This document shows positions 55,301 through 63,473 of a stretch of DNA of 64,000 nt, in pieces. Every line of letters begins with the position of its first letter. The first letter of the stretch is position 1. The translations under genes and the position numbers were made by a program. Below the pieces are notes generated by a model that saw only the letters and a list, made by a program, of their open reading frames with translations, made no database searches and was not told where the DNA came from. The DNA is taken from IMG/VR virus record IMGVR_UViG_3300042526_000204. One strand, given 5' to 3'. The DNA is from an uncultured virus (IMG/VR IMGVR_UViG_3300042526_000204) (Duplodnaviria; Heunggongvirae; Uroviricota; Caudoviricetes).

Positions 55301-57585
55301 CCTAATTTTTGACCTGAAGCTAAAGCAAGTGCTTTTTTCTCATCTTGAGAAATGTCTATCTTTTCTAAATCAGATAGTAATTTTGTGTAATTTTTTTTAT
55401 CTTTAGAATAAGCTCTTGCTCTACCTGCAGCACCAATACTTTGAAAACCAATTCCCATAACAGCAGTTTGAGCCATTACATCTCTGTAAAAACTTGCCTT
55501 ACCTAACTCTTTTACATTCTGTTTATACTGAGCAAAAGTTTGATTTGTAGAAGGCATTGCTTGAACAAAAATTTCTTCAAAAGTTTCTGCAGGGATACCT
55601 TGAATTAACCCTTCTCCAGATTCTTTTCCAATTTTTTCAAAACTTGCTCTACCTAAAGTAAGGTTATTTACAGCATTAGTTAATTTTCTAAAAGGAGAAT
55701 TAATTTTAGTAAGAATGTTTCCAGTAGCATCAATCATAGATCCTGCTTTTGGAGTAATTTTATTAGCTGACCATCTAAGACCCTTACTAGCACCTTTTCC
55801 TACAGCTCCTAAACCTCTACCTACATAAGCTTCTGAAAAAGATTCTTTTAAGTACTCTCCTGCAGCATATCCTAAAGAACTAAGTTCACTCTTAGGTATA
55901 AAAGAATCCCACTCAGCTTGTAAAGAATCTCTTTTACTTTCAAAGTCTGCCTTTTTATCAGGGTCTTTTTCTAATGCAATAAGTTTATCTAAAGACTTTA
56001 ATTGATCTTTATAGTAAGGACTCTTCATTTCATAAAGTTCATCCTTAACTACATATCTTGTTTTACCTCCTGTTTCAATTACACTTTCTATTCCTCCTAT
56101 TTGATCTGAGGCATAAGCTTTATAAAACATAGGTGATAAAGGTGCTTGAACTAAAAGTCCTGTTCCAGCTGCAACTCCTCTTTCTGCAATTTCTCTACTA
56201 GCAGTACCTAAAGAAGATAAAGTACCTTTTTTAATACTTTGTTTTAATAGTCCTCTCAGACCTATTTTCATTTCTTCTTCAAGACCTTTTTCTAATCCTT
56301 GTCTAATACCTTTTTTAACTCCTCCTTTAATTAAAGCAGTAACTCCTTGTTTAGTAATAGTACCTGCACCTCTAGTTAATAACATTTGAGCCATAAATCC
56401 CATAGAACCTCCTACACCAGCTCCTAGATTATATGCAAAATTATCCTCATGTAACTTTAAACTATTTACATCATTCTCTAACTTATAAACTTCAGCTACA
56501 GCATTTTCTGCTTCTGATAAAGTTTCTGTAGATTCTAACCCTTTCTTTTTAGCTAAAGAAATTCTGTTGATTTTATCAAATACTTCTTTGGCTCTGAAAT
56601 CATTAATTACAGGTTTTAATCCTAATGTTCCTATATCTTGACTTGTAGTAGAAATACCAGCAAAAAAATCAGTATTACCTTTTCTATAATCAGAGATTTT
56701 TTCATTTAAGTCTTGATGCTTACTAGCTACAGTTCTCCAATAAGCTTCTTCAGCAGTCTGAGTATAGTTGTCTTCATTACTATTAGCTGTAGGTCCTACA
56801 CTTCCATCAGGATAAAACATAGGTTGAGAGTCAGCTTTTAACTTAATTTGTTTTAACTCTTCAGCTTTAGCCAAAGCTGTCTCATACATTAATTTTCCTC
56901 TTTCTTCTAAAGGCATTAAGGCAGGATCAATCTCTTTTCTTTTGTAGTCTTGAAGTTCTTTGTATTTCTTTTCTTCAGCAGGAGTCATTCCTTTTAAAAC
57001 ACCAAAGCCTAAAGCAGCATCTGTAATGTGTTTATCAGTACTTTCTAACCTGTTTGCATTCCAAAGAGTTAAAGCTGCAGCTTCTCCAAGTGTTTTAATT
57101 CTTCCCCAAAGAGTTTTATCTTTAAGGTTATCTAACTCACTTTGAGCATCAGCAAACTTTATAATTTTTTCTTCAGCTTGCTTTTCACTACCAGTTTTTT
57201 TGGTAATAATATCTTTTAATTCTTTTACAGCAGGGACAGCTTCAATCTTAGCAAGTTTTTCAGCTTTTTGTTTAGCTGCCATTGCTTCATACTTAGCCTG
57301 ATTTATTTGGCCTTGTTCTCTTTGAGAAGTGTATGCACTAGCAGTACCTATATTACTAGTAGTTAAACTGCTACTTCCAGTTCCAAAAATACTTTCAAGT
57401 TCATCATCATCTATTCCTTGAGTAGCTAAATCTCCTAAAGGAGCATTAGGAGTAAATTTTTGTCTTGCTTCTTCAAGAGTTTTACCCATAGCAGAAGTAT
57501 TTCCAGCTTCTATTAAAGCTTGAGAACTTAAGGGGTCTATAACATTTTGTTTTTTTCTAACAGGTGATTTAGGATTTAATCCCAT
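43390..57585 (-). CDS. Virion-packaged two-barrel RNA polymerase polyprotein (crAss-like) with a C-terminal zincin protease domain
   Basis: 4731 aa; STDAQEY, PIKP, FRTPTS, catalytic GLDFDVDK at 47176-47190, ATDNEK; HEILH at 44239-44253. Confidence 0.9.
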   Translation of the reverse strand: MGLNPKSPVRKKQNVIDPLSSQALIEAGNTSAMGKTLEEARQKFTPNAPLGDLATQGIDDDELESIFGTGSSSLTTSNIGTASAYTSQREQGQINQAKYEAMAAKQKAEKLAKIEAVPAVKELKDIITKKTGSEKQAEEKIIKFADAQSELDNLKDKTLWGRIKTLGEAAALTLWNANRLESTDKHITDAALGFGVLKGMTPAEEKKYKELQDYKRKEIDPALMPLEERGKLMYETALAKAEELKQIKLKADSQPMFYPDGSVGPTANSNEDNYTQTAEEAYWRTVASKHQDLNEKISDYRKGNTDFFAGISTTSQDIGTLGLKPVINDFRAKEVFDKINRISLAKKKGLESTETLSEAENAVAEVYKLENDVNSLKLHEDNFAYNLGAGVGGSMGFMAQMLLTRGAGTITKQGVTALIKGGVKKGIRQGLEKGLEEEMKIGLRGLLKQSIKKGTLSSLGTASREIAERGVAAGTGLLVQAPLSPMFYKAYASDQIGGIESVIETGGKTRYVVKDELYEMKSPYYKDQLKSLDKLIALEKDPDKKADFESKRDSLQAEWDSFIPKSELSSLGYAAGEYLKESFSEAYVGRGLGAVGKGASKGLRWSANKITPKAGSMIDATGNILTKINSPFRKLTNAVNNLTLGRASFEKIGKESGEGLIQGIPAETFEEIFVQAMPSTNQTFAQYKQNVKELGKASFYRDVMAQTAVMGIGFQSIGAAGRARAYSKDKKNYTKLLSDLEKIDISQDEKKALALASGQKLGSPIDYRIISNNLREAGNHVAADQLEQRMFINLAQQAARLGKMGSYKESVDNLVNRQDIPDTFKQNALRVANQVEAIHKVHQEHSDKENFSEILNATVYAGLHQDNIKKLEQQAITLEQQAREEIEAYKKRTGKAFDFDASNLLTREFASEEEKANYQETLDELLDPKKENNMAVQNLVANIKMRRAAELDVAENKKILNDELSPDRQDKLKAKQSLRDEYELVEQDIEKGELVLPGITDSEDKKQPSGLNAVKKAKAIIQHIEETYGHMISSEDLKELKDNKIERAKLERNAAIKDLLIEETKKIEDSKIPVAEDASLTSELVTMPEDTDVQVDGYVDDTELPESAINSNPDLDAAFGLAHQGLTADPVSTVGTQDVISQPIDLSIPSAQTASKTDIQAEIERLEKIQSIGFSLETAKVGDNIILREYQGFGKTNYTIAKIPTNTNGVPSIITSTGEKLDGSDFLRVEYNQTDIKKQIAQKQRELKSFENTQTTSKTNEQKVAEYRAEEQVKKAEIEKRRLEELNSELDKKAKDIPVKREYYNTIQGGQVEITTYRDGSKIVRGVESGNQIAEFKPSESIEENYDSVIEDFTPYKTEEVESKLAKKINAKYDVEQDQLYKEYDKLITPLLNKTTPGTSIVIPDDTTFFDGEPMIGKIYPPEFLKHIQDTLESISQLYEDQTGNRVTFREIFEHYKSKGLLEDVKKNYGAMTSAWIALNQKHGDNMYPLEDFTETFSAMYAPITAFDVFATMDFQDGNIVAPQAPVVPTMPVTHPAIEVREENDNVQATALISSRVVGQDESNREVTEQVVEIVIDTQRTANVLPKMGYSSLEYTEGNEDGTYKKVSIPILITSKSNGVNITPILDPDGLQTGDIVGIEITTEEEWKDIPVSNGRDANGKTILTTFDKWLAEKPRTQEEIDAKVPMYFTKDGERTSAVHDTDWYSGYNVADPNELNVNPHRPLGEWAIEIQKGKEATYNFRQAVLKGGLREATIKRSPTSVFQTVGDDALVSLQSNNPQSVLAVQIGEKISLGNKQEFKDGVIVNEAVFSERSPNGKLKYDSRVWEIRREGKLKRPDGTWVNTYRAFHVQRKVTDQQLETVKWALAANAVKNKFNSYLTAPTPWTSMTETQAQNIREQVLNHTGLDIFDSVDILTFIESFLQLSNKPPKNQVAYYQKNLLKDNLGMDAELLDEVAKNNNLVGFVQHTKESLLKKGDFKSAVHIINGQVVPLNMGYQEYLKTSLMTNVLSFNIGTTEKPNYITSIQPIINIEYTPVEGITPQNEAEKVIEVVNNDTLLGNTPSFNSNEQYEFAATLGIDIDSYQEFEDGEAMIANDTSSLQSLLISVAGLTTPQEQDIRQYVTHSIAENKQYIDEEGRVFNKKERVIEQETKDKLLSTLAEVKKAVQTNLNIVLSQTEDTAEKRAFVNAYTDTLKNIESVESEYRTLFKRAALDFEKQSKTEIEDGEEVEDALNEKSYNKDSVEENSKLSVGTILRNFMHGVQKRDSKGAIQTGYLGLPKYYTFNEIFNELTKVLSLGSDLPSNYDALIKRLETSEVPFTKDILVKLKSADEQTRNQFLYTFVKHSMTSNFTMYKDLGELSELKSYETNANEATRVIENKWKNNNRTSALYNRNLTVNTTTAGQLIDTYEGWLKGEGNTPENHRAWLDKLGISFTDAAWDKIVAEGIKDKGYSYNNLLFDKSQGIFLPIVNFLREARTTPGTYLHNEDKNIFKELSGMFKSLAKIEAIYNTNLVSLTYRDGDKTIFTQTPETFMSDKVNDLLDSLGQEDNTLIEDLQSLSFSENSLILDFLKREGNSFKELFKVSHAAILTLKERGEEVSERRSITDLGEIDYDFNVNGQFGDRKIKQLTTSEKISGIHARVMRMLSPTMSDKSKAYYLDTIGLDLLRGEELQENEQEEVLMSSRLKDVLIEQLIMPEVKRILKYHAQVKQTNIKDYDRGAEVFHLIPALNALESNGLSLLDELATVPNLTSEIVKAKYKSQFEEIITKVIDTEARVKKELWKEHFTPGVGSKMFSANYFTEVNKSPAKDYNKAIYDVVINGMLHNSEMFKVFAGDMAMYSQNKLFKQDENGNKVPLNEYTNEDWINLNKGIGVNLGKRLAALAAPGNKIAGSADPKFRKYNQIFLTDSKDIAPNSEYLISLHYGKDALTPGIKTLLNDYSKSADLVHRYEIGEVMDVPAVDKAKKDMALARHNLQKTFPVVADYFDIESTDAQEYTTVREHINILNRQGRLTTAKMKAIEAKLNAGQALAREDLKVIMQPIKPVHTGSYADKTTDVNRYVYIKSSSYPLLPEFTKGTKLDALRVKMEELEKSTGRFTRASFQSANKVGATRTTINPFDKYSLEGIKEYAEGDVNAKVLVLDRNNFRIQQDVPVKSEKTKADKISMGTQFFKLLFGDGITNLDGFEIDGKPMTGKELHKYYSDSFAELARHKRTELFQELGLSPQGEIIDKKEFIYSLGKLLEKEAVSRGYSLKSIAGLKIDELAMASGVFYEFKTPLWLSSDKNRYESLLNSIVTNRLMQHKISGNAYVAGSESGIQMKEGLNSLNDVDERTKSRIIYLNNFNGKELGATSVTEEDGTPVFKKAQVFVRSYFKNPSTGELINLFEGYNNETGDVSKAKYLVRRENGTLGLKEDMIDESLMNMFSFRTPTSSHVSGSSIEIAGILPPEMGELMIVPKNFTKQKGLDFDVDKENTYQLNHYIDSEGKIREVNEEYVQRTKDSIKELQFYKGRDFDTIAEVEAELDILQNKLNVASNIPYMNELQSEVEGLWAMIKDSKSSIKDINHSMKAIQKALDTKIASQMAENSFIKSHLAVFNNPRAEVQSKINKVLSMSFAQDQAKMFEKAVEDGNKAKEVAKFVDLGMTMEDAEQEYLTNQSYNTVLSYSYQKMKMDLGSIGKTAIGVYANYTTMAGLIQQQGEEISLDTEITIGGVTSKGKLGVLESLKPSHISNETWKGLKRTVAEIFAEKENTATDNEKEQILGRVGVNDQTINVDSLLTMLGFDTDLVSVPGEKEKQKMALPYLLLSQPSIKEYNKQIKNSKGILANDFFDVNKLKKDSIEKLSGGVITFGKDKSMSSFDRKNFTTFRYADTGTVYKPGKSLTGQAMYDGIASQGISDNMVQVDALITFIELDKHAKNVSKAQKVLNTNELGKSLVESSVSYRALANLPDSPIKNISKLLGDFEKDPKVITDDMYKIGSYYVTPNTPQGHVTIHGLQTGNTLFKSFFPYDDVGINSVINQILLSQGLNPETMADSVYIKEFHKIMEEMIKYINSNPNNNTYIGETKAKRQETFVDSDSNTSVSTYLRDLSSSTTNKRGVNSVLKNALYSRFSYVTGAEGELSLIKYNNTATDNLDEEILYNAIPELILSNLPLPPRNGKPYSTRQLAEDLVAYSFLEGGVQEATQFSKFIPVQLMEVMGQIENKGGKDMFVPINRKLQMFNNRENSPTFFDKALGIQENDIASFTRQYFQNNPKKAKRAWSKNVKFTENGVLLYENNQFKSPKFITYDTTQDGKKVTNLYENVGLTEYRRIDIVGQSGIKEYSYKQKELTSIFNTDNTIEDTPTIAEDTKILEAITMDGITTPEALLEQIQNLNFSEEQKFLAETAKWLTPLLKEGLVSIRISESLPGGLAGHTSRPDSNGEILISLSKDKLQELSKEKGSELIIHEILHSVAVSHLTDYFDNSGKTLRTDVSIPAHVTSLFEAYNAARKVYEAEVTTLENKIANNSIKGNPQIEYTDRELNVIYGLTNVFEFVSVAMTSEDFHNEFKSVPYLKSGKSILNKIEDFFINMLDEIFPGLKEDSIARASILASMKFIQEERAKIPVKTIVQPSLPNANVAVTYGESTEVNKETTDKNQVELSEEDSRAGNLYKQMLLEDKFIFDFSQEESDLIESLSEERKQELKKELLEGQGGEAMISNILTNFGTPIQDLGITQEEWDDLSQEEQDRIKRCN

Positions 57586-57610
57586 AGCAATATAGTTTTA
57601 TAGTGTAAGA

Positions 57611-57618
57611 CAAAAATA
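57611..57618 (-). promoter_or_regulatory. Bacteroidota -7 element TATTTTTG upstream of the RNAP gene
   Basis: TAnnTTTG match 26 nt upstream of the ATG at 57585. Confidence 0.5.
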
Positions 57619-57629
57619 ATAAAAAATCT

Positions 57630-59855
57630 CTACTCTTGTCTAGCTTTATCATAATACATTTTTATTAAAGCTTCTTGAGTCATACCAGCTTCAGCAGGAC
57701 TTATTTTTTCTCCATTTTTACCTACTACATACCAACCTTTAGAAGCAGATTTACCAACAGTCAAACCTTTAATTACAGGAATAGGAGTAAGAACAGGTGG
57801 AACTGCACTTTTCCAATCATTATAAACTTGAAGAGCTTTTCTGTTTGGATCATTAATGTATTTTTGTAAATCAGGTTGTTGAATAGTACTAGCATCTATT
57901 GTAGCAATAACAGAAAAATCTCCTCCTGTAACAGGAAGTGCTATAACAGTTTTACCATTAACATTTCTATCTACAACTCTAGCACTACCTGATTTAAAAG
58001 TTAAATTACTTTTTTTACCATTTATAGTTAATCCTGTAACACTTGTTGAATCATCTCCTTCTTCTCCTGGTTCTGCTGCAGGATTAGTAGGGTCAACAGT
58101 AGCTGAAGGGTGAACATATTCTAACCCTGTAGCTAAACCTAAATTAACTAAATTTTGAGCTTGTATATTACCATCAGTATCTAAAGCAGGAATAAGAAAA
58201 TTACCTTTATCATCTACTTTATAAGTTTTACCATTTACAGGATAAGTTGCTGTTTTAGAATACTTAGCATCTCCTCCTGGAGGTACTAATCTTACATTAC
58301 TATTACCATCTGGAGTTGTATAGACAGTATTCATATTTTTAGCATTATGAAGATTTAAAGATAAACTACCTCCTAAATCATTCAAAACTTTACCAATAGC
58401 TGTTGTAGCTTTAGCTCCTACTCCTGCTTGAACATTATCTGCTGTGTAAGTTATAGGTACATTTTTCTGATATCCAGGTTGTTTAGAATAGATATTAAAC
58501 AACCTAGCTTTTCCATCTTCTGTTTTAGGATCAATAGCAACATATCTTTTTTTACCTTTTTCTAAAATACTAATAACAACATTTCCTTTTGCATCTTTTT
58601 GTCTACCATTTGCCCATGTAGTGTAGTCTTTATCTACTTCTTGTTGAAGTTTTTGTTTAGCAAAAAGTTGTTTAAACTGTTCTATATATCCTTGACTATC
58701 AGGAATACCTGCAAAAGCAGAGTAATCTCCAGCACCAATTTGTTTTCCTAAAGCTAATCTTTCTGCTTCAGTTTTAAGATTTAACTTATTAGCTACAACA
58801 GTAAAAAGTTGATTTTTAGAATTTATGATTTCTTTCTTAGTTGTGTTATAAGAATTATAATCATGAGTTAAAGGATGTTTATCTGTGTCTTGAAAACTAA
58901 ATCCTACAGGTTGCTCTAATTCTCTCTCTCTAATACCAGCTGCATACTCTTGATTACCAGCTTCATTCCTTAATTTAGCATTACTAGTTTTAACATCTGT
59001 AATACCATATTTTTCTTTAGCATAATTAAGTTCTCTGTAAAAAGCATTGTTTTTAGTGTCATCAATAATAGGAACCCCTTTTTCATCAAACAATGGTTCT
59101 TGATAACCAGGTACTCCTAAAGAATTTAATTGTTGCATTGCCCCTAATTGATTTGGGTCTGCTACTAAAGCTGCTCTATATTTTGATTTTAATTTAGCAT
59201 CAGTCCAACCTTCTGTACCTCTTTCTCCTTTAATTTGCCAAAGACCTTTGTCATAATCCCAAGAAACACTTTTAACTTTACCTACAGCTTCTTTAAGAAT
59301 ATCATCTATAAATACATCAGTAGGTTTCTTTTCTAATAAAGCCTCCCCAGTAAAAGTATTATAAGTATTTGGATTTTGATAATTGGTCCCTTTAAAATCA
59401 TCTAACTTTTTAGCTTTTAAAAGTTCCCATTGTTGAGGAGAAATCTTGTTACCTGCTTTTTCTGCCTGTTTTTTAGTTTCTTCTTCCCAAGCATTATATG
59501 CAGCAAGATTACCTTGTATCTTAGCTACCTCTCCCATTTTCCAATCTGAAGTAATCCTTCTTTTAAGATCTTCTATTTTAGGCATATAAGAAGCGGCATT
59601 CATAGCATCTCCATAGATACCTGAACTAATGTCTCCTACTTGATTTGTGTAGCCACTTATAATTTGTTGTAATCTAGGGTCATCTACTTTTAAACCTTTT
59701 GCTTCTAATAAAGCATTTAGTTCACTGTTAGATTTTGCAGTTTCTTCAACTTCTTTATCTTTTTTAGCAATAAGTTGCCCCATTAACTCAGAAGGAGCAT
59801 TATACATAGCATCATCTAAGAAAGTAATATCTGCACCTTTATAAAACTGTCCCAT
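57630..59855 (-). CDS. Virion cargo/ejection protein
   Basis: 741 aa, immediately upstream of the RNAP gene, with an MGQFY...YNAPSELM N-terminus. Confidence 0.65.
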   Translation of the reverse strand: MGQFYKGADITFLDDAMYNAPSELMGQLIAKKDKEVEETAKSNSELNALLEAKGLKVDDPRLQQIISGYTNQVGDISSGIYGDAMNAASYMPKIEDLKRRITSDWKMGEVAKIQGNLAAYNAWEEETKKQAEKAGNKISPQQWELLKAKKLDDFKGTNYQNPNTYNTFTGEALLEKKPTDVFIDDILKEAVGKVKSVSWDYDKGLWQIKGERGTEGWTDAKLKSKYRAALVADPNQLGAMQQLNSLGVPGYQEPLFDEKGVPIIDDTKNNAFYRELNYAKEKYGITDVKTSNAKLRNEAGNQEYAAGIRERELEQPVGFSFQDTDKHPLTHDYNSYNTTKKEIINSKNQLFTVVANKLNLKTEAERLALGKQIGAGDYSAFAGIPDSQGYIEQFKQLFAKQKLQQEVDKDYTTWANGRQKDAKGNVVISILEKGKKRYVAIDPKTEDGKARLFNIYSKQPGYQKNVPITYTADNVQAGVGAKATTAIGKVLNDLGGSLSLNLHNAKNMNTVYTTPDGNSNVRLVPPGGDAKYSKTATYPVNGKTYKVDDKGNFLIPALDTDGNIQAQNLVNLGLATGLEYVHPSATVDPTNPAAEPGEEGDDSTSVTGLTINGKKSNLTFKSGSARVVDRNVNGKTVIALPVTGGDFSVIATIDASTIQQPDLQKYINDPNRKALQVYNDWKSAVPPVLTPIPVIKGLTVGKSASKGWYVVGKNGEKISPAEAGMTQEALIKMYYDKARQE

Positions 59856-59857
59856 GA

Positions 59858-62800
59858 TTATGTAAGTTTAGATTTTTGTTGTTTTAATAACTTTTCAAAT
59901 TCTGCTCTAGGAATACTAACTTTTTTTCCATTTTCATCAGTGTATACTATATCCTTATTACTTAAAGTACCATCATCTTCTCCTTGTACATAAGTCCCTG
60001 ATTTTTTCTGCATATTCCATTTCATTTTACTCTCTTTCATATCATTAAGGTCTTTACCAGTCTGCATAAGACCTTCAGCAAATTGGTTTCTTCCTTTACC
60101 TAAAGCAGTGTAGTAAGCATCCTTAGCAGCTTCATTAGCCATAGCAGCATCATACTCTCCTTTACCTTTAAGTTGATCTGCATTCATAGCTACACCTGAT
60201 TTCTGTACATCAATACCTGAAATCTGTTGAGCAGCTCCTGCACTAATTTCTGCTATCTGTTGGTTTAAAGCAGTGTCATAAAGCCAATCCATACCTCTCA
60301 TTTGGTTTACTCCTCTAGCAGAATTTCTACCTCCTCTTTTACCTCCTCTAGAAGTAGAGGTAGCTTTTACTATAGCTTGAGCTTTACTAACTTCAATTCC
60401 TTGTTTAGCATTGTCAAGAAGTTTCTGAGACTCATCTCCAGCATTTTTATAGACATTAGTATGAGTTATATCACTTGCTCTTTGTTCTCCAGCAGTTTTA
60501 ATACCTGCAGTCATACCTAAATAGTTACCAAACATTTTAGTAAGGTCTCCTACACCAGGTATGCTTCCCATAAACTTACCTGCTTTACTTTGCTTTTTTT
60601 CTCCTTTAGGAGTTCCTACTTGACCTCGAGTATAAAAAGCAGCATCTTCTTCTGCATCAAAACCAGCTTCACCAGGGTCTTCTCTAAAGTCTTCTTGCAG
60701 AAATTGTTCTCCTTCTTCTAAATTCATACCAAAACCTCTCACAAAACCTGGGGCATTTTCTTTGCCTGTACTTACTATAGGGTTTACATATCCATCAGGT
60801 GATTTATCTTTATTAGCTGCTAACCAATTTTGAGAAGCTTTATAAGTAGCTGGTCCAAACATCTTACCAAAACCTTTAGCATTATTTGCTATACCTATAT
60901 CACTTTGAATAAAGTTCATATCCATTACACCACCAGGATTTAACTCATTGTACTTAGCATAAAAGTCTTTAAACATATCTGCATTATATCCTTTACCATA
61001 TACTATACCTTCAGGTGGAGTTCCTGAATAATATTTCATAACTCCTTTACTTCCTGTACCATAACCATACTCCATAGAATCTCCTATAGGATTATCTTGT
61101 AAACCTGCCATACCTGTACCAAAAGCTGCTACCATAGTATCAGCCATAGCTTGCATATTGTTTACTTTTTCTTGAAAGTCTAAATCAGCCATTTCTTCTT
61201 TTTCAATAGCCATCATCTTTCTCTTAGCAGCATTCTTTACAGCTTGATCTACTAAAGCTTGTGAAGCAATCTTTTCAAGATTAGCAGTTTGTCTTTCTCT
61301 TGTAGCTTTTCTTTCAGCTAAAGTCTTGTTACCTACCTTAAGTCTATCAGAGTACACTTTAGTCCCTTCTTCTACATCTTCTCCTACTTCTAATGGAATA
61401 CCTCCTTGCTCATGAGCAGGTCCTTCAAATTCTCCTACTTGTCCTTGAGGTGTTTCATACATCTCTCCTCCTTCAACTTCTACATCAGCTTGAACATTGT
61501 TTATACCATTAGCACCATATTGGCTATTATTATCTCCAGCAGTTCCTGCATAAGTATCTCCATTATTTGCACTTTCTCCAGGTTTTAAAACATTAGCATT
61601 TATACCTCTACCTACAAAACTTTGAGCAGCTCCTCCTACAGCAGCTACTATAGGTATCCAAGGATTAGACATAGCTTTAGCTTCTACTTTAGCCATTTGA
61701 ATATTATAATCATTCAAAGCTTCAGCAGGACTGACTATATAATTAGACCCAACATTACTGGTACCATTAGCATACTTCTTTCTAGGGTTCATTTTTGTTT
61801 TCATAATTCCTTGGGAGTTAGTTCCATAACCATGTTTTATTAATCCATTTTGAGTATAGTATTCAGCTAACTCAACATTAGGTATTTCAATCTCTTCTCC
61901 AGATTGTCTTCCATATTTAACAGCTTCTCTAGGTGTTAATTTACTTAACAACCCAAGTTCATCTTGAATAACACTTGGAGATACAAAAGCATTACCTTCA
62001 TTATCTGTTGAGTACTGCATTAAATGAGTTGTCTTTGAACCATCTTCATTTATCATCATAGGATAATCAGAAGGATTTAAAGCTCTTTGTACAAAGTTTT
62101 TATCTTTGTTTCTTTCAGTAATAACTTTAGACATTAACTCATTTTCAAAAGCAAGTCTAGTAGGAGGATCTCCAATACCATTATCTCCAGTTCCAAAAGC
62201 TAATTCTTCTACAGGTATCTTACCAATTAAATTAGGTTTTTTACCATCATCAGGTAATGCTGTTCCTGCATAAGCTCTAACTTTTTTATAAAAAGTATCT
62301 GCCTTTTCAGGATCTGTTTTAGAAAAATCATAAGAGTCATATATTTCTGTTTCTCCTAGTGCATTCTTTTTATAAGAAACTCTACCTAACATAGTAGCTG
62401 CTTGTATAGCAGGGTCAGTAGAAATCATTTGTTTTTTACCTGCTGACATTCCTTGAAAAGCTTGTTCAACTTCAGGACTGTAATCAATATATTGTGTTCC
62501 TCCTGAATCTTTACCTGTTCTTTTCTGAGCATTCTTTACACTCTTAATTAAAGCTTCTTGTATATCTGGAGTTAAATCTTGAAGACCTAACTTATTATCT
62601 TTGGTTGCAATAGCAGTAAGAAACTGAGCAGCTTGGTCTGGCATTAGAGTTCCTAAAACTTCTCTAGTTACTTTAGTTTTTAAATCTGAAGTAACAGGTA
62701 CATTGTTTTGTGCTTTCCATTTTTCTAACTGAACTGAATTAGACACAGGAACATATTTTACTCCTTCTTCATCTCCAGGCTTTTCTACTTTTCCTCTTTT

Positions 62801-63445
62801 AGGATTAGTGTTGTAATAGACTACTTTAGATTTTTTTGTTTTACTAGATTCTTCTTTTTTTGGTAATTGACCTTGTACAGCCCCTGCTACATCACTTAAA
62901 GTGTTTGTTGTATTTAAAGTTGCTGCTGTTGTAATAATTCCAGCTTTATTTCTAGGAGCTTTAGTTATTACTTTATCAAGAACTTTACCAGTGCCTTTCT
63001 CAATTATTTTAGTAAGCTTTTGAAGACTTTCTGCTCCTATTCCTACTCCCATACTTGCTGCTGCTATAGGGTTAGCTCTTCCTCCTCTACTAGCTCTTTG
63101 AATTGATCTACCTACATTTTTTCCTTCTTTTAATACAGCAGGAACTACTTTCTCAGCTTTTGCTACAAGTTTATTTACTTTGTTTAATCCTTCAATGTAT
63201 TTATTTGCTGTTCTTATTGCTTTAAGACCTTTACCTGCTTTTCCAATAACAGGCAAAGCACCTAAAACTTCTAACCCTGTACCTAAAGAAAACAATCCTT
63301 CTTTCTTATAACTCCTATATACATCATCATAAGAAGACATACCTGTAGGGTCAAAAATTTCAAAGATATCTTCTGCCAGACTATCTTGAGTCTTTGACTT
63401 CTTATTTCTTGAAGACCTTTTGTTAGATTTCTTAGGTTGTAACAT
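59858..63445 (-). CDS. Virion cargo protein (crAss-like, EVEGGE...GPAHEQGGI domain)
   Basis: 1195 aa; VEVEGGE/GPAHEQGGIP/VYSDRL motif, Ala/Gln-rich coiled C-terminus, internal GT repeats. Confidence 0.7.
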   Translation of the reverse strand: MLQPKKSNKRSSRNKKSKTQDSLAEDIFEIFDPTGMSSYDDVYRSYKKEGLFSLGTGLEVLGALPVIGKAGKGLKAIRTANKYIEGLNKVNKLVAKAEKVVPAVLKEGKNVGRSIQRASRGGRANPIAAASMGVGIGAESLQKLTKIIEKGTGKVLDKVITKAPRNKAGIITTAATLNTTNTLSDVAGAVQGQLPKKEESSKTKKSKVVYYNTNPKRGKVEKPGDEEGVKYVPVSNSVQLEKWKAQNNVPVTSDLKTKVTREVLGTLMPDQAAQFLTAIATKDNKLGLQDLTPDIQEALIKSVKNAQKRTGKDSGGTQYIDYSPEVEQAFQGMSAGKKQMISTDPAIQAATMLGRVSYKKNALGETEIYDSYDFSKTDPEKADTFYKKVRAYAGTALPDDGKKPNLIGKIPVEELAFGTGDNGIGDPPTRLAFENELMSKVITERNKDKNFVQRALNPSDYPMMINEDGSKTTHLMQYSTDNEGNAFVSPSVIQDELGLLSKLTPREAVKYGRQSGEEIEIPNVELAEYYTQNGLIKHGYGTNSQGIMKTKMNPRKKYANGTSNVGSNYIVSPAEALNDYNIQMAKVEAKAMSNPWIPIVAAVGGAAQSFVGRGINANVLKPGESANNGDTYAGTAGDNNSQYGANGINNVQADVEVEGGEMYETPQGQVGEFEGPAHEQGGIPLEVGEDVEEGTKVYSDRLKVGNKTLAERKATRERQTANLEKIASQALVDQAVKNAAKRKMMAIEKEEMADLDFQEKVNNMQAMADTMVAAFGTGMAGLQDNPIGDSMEYGYGTGSKGVMKYYSGTPPEGIVYGKGYNADMFKDFYAKYNELNPGGVMDMNFIQSDIGIANNAKGFGKMFGPATYKASQNWLAANKDKSPDGYVNPIVSTGKENAPGFVRGFGMNLEEGEQFLQEDFREDPGEAGFDAEEDAAFYTRGQVGTPKGEKKQSKAGKFMGSIPGVGDLTKMFGNYLGMTAGIKTAGEQRASDITHTNVYKNAGDESQKLLDNAKQGIEVSKAQAIVKATSTSRGGKRGGRNSARGVNQMRGMDWLYDTALNQQIAEISAGAAQQISGIDVQKSGVAMNADQLKGKGEYDAAMANEAAKDAYYTALGKGRNQFAEGLMQTGKDLNDMKESKMKWNMQKKSGTYVQGEDDGTLSNKDIVYTDENGKKVSIPRAEFEKLLKQQKSKLT

Positions 63446-63473
63446 CTTTCTTTAATTTATTAAAGGTTGAGAT

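Noticed and set aside
38787..61843. Plus-strand ORFs within the giant virion genes
   Set aside because: They are antisense shadows.
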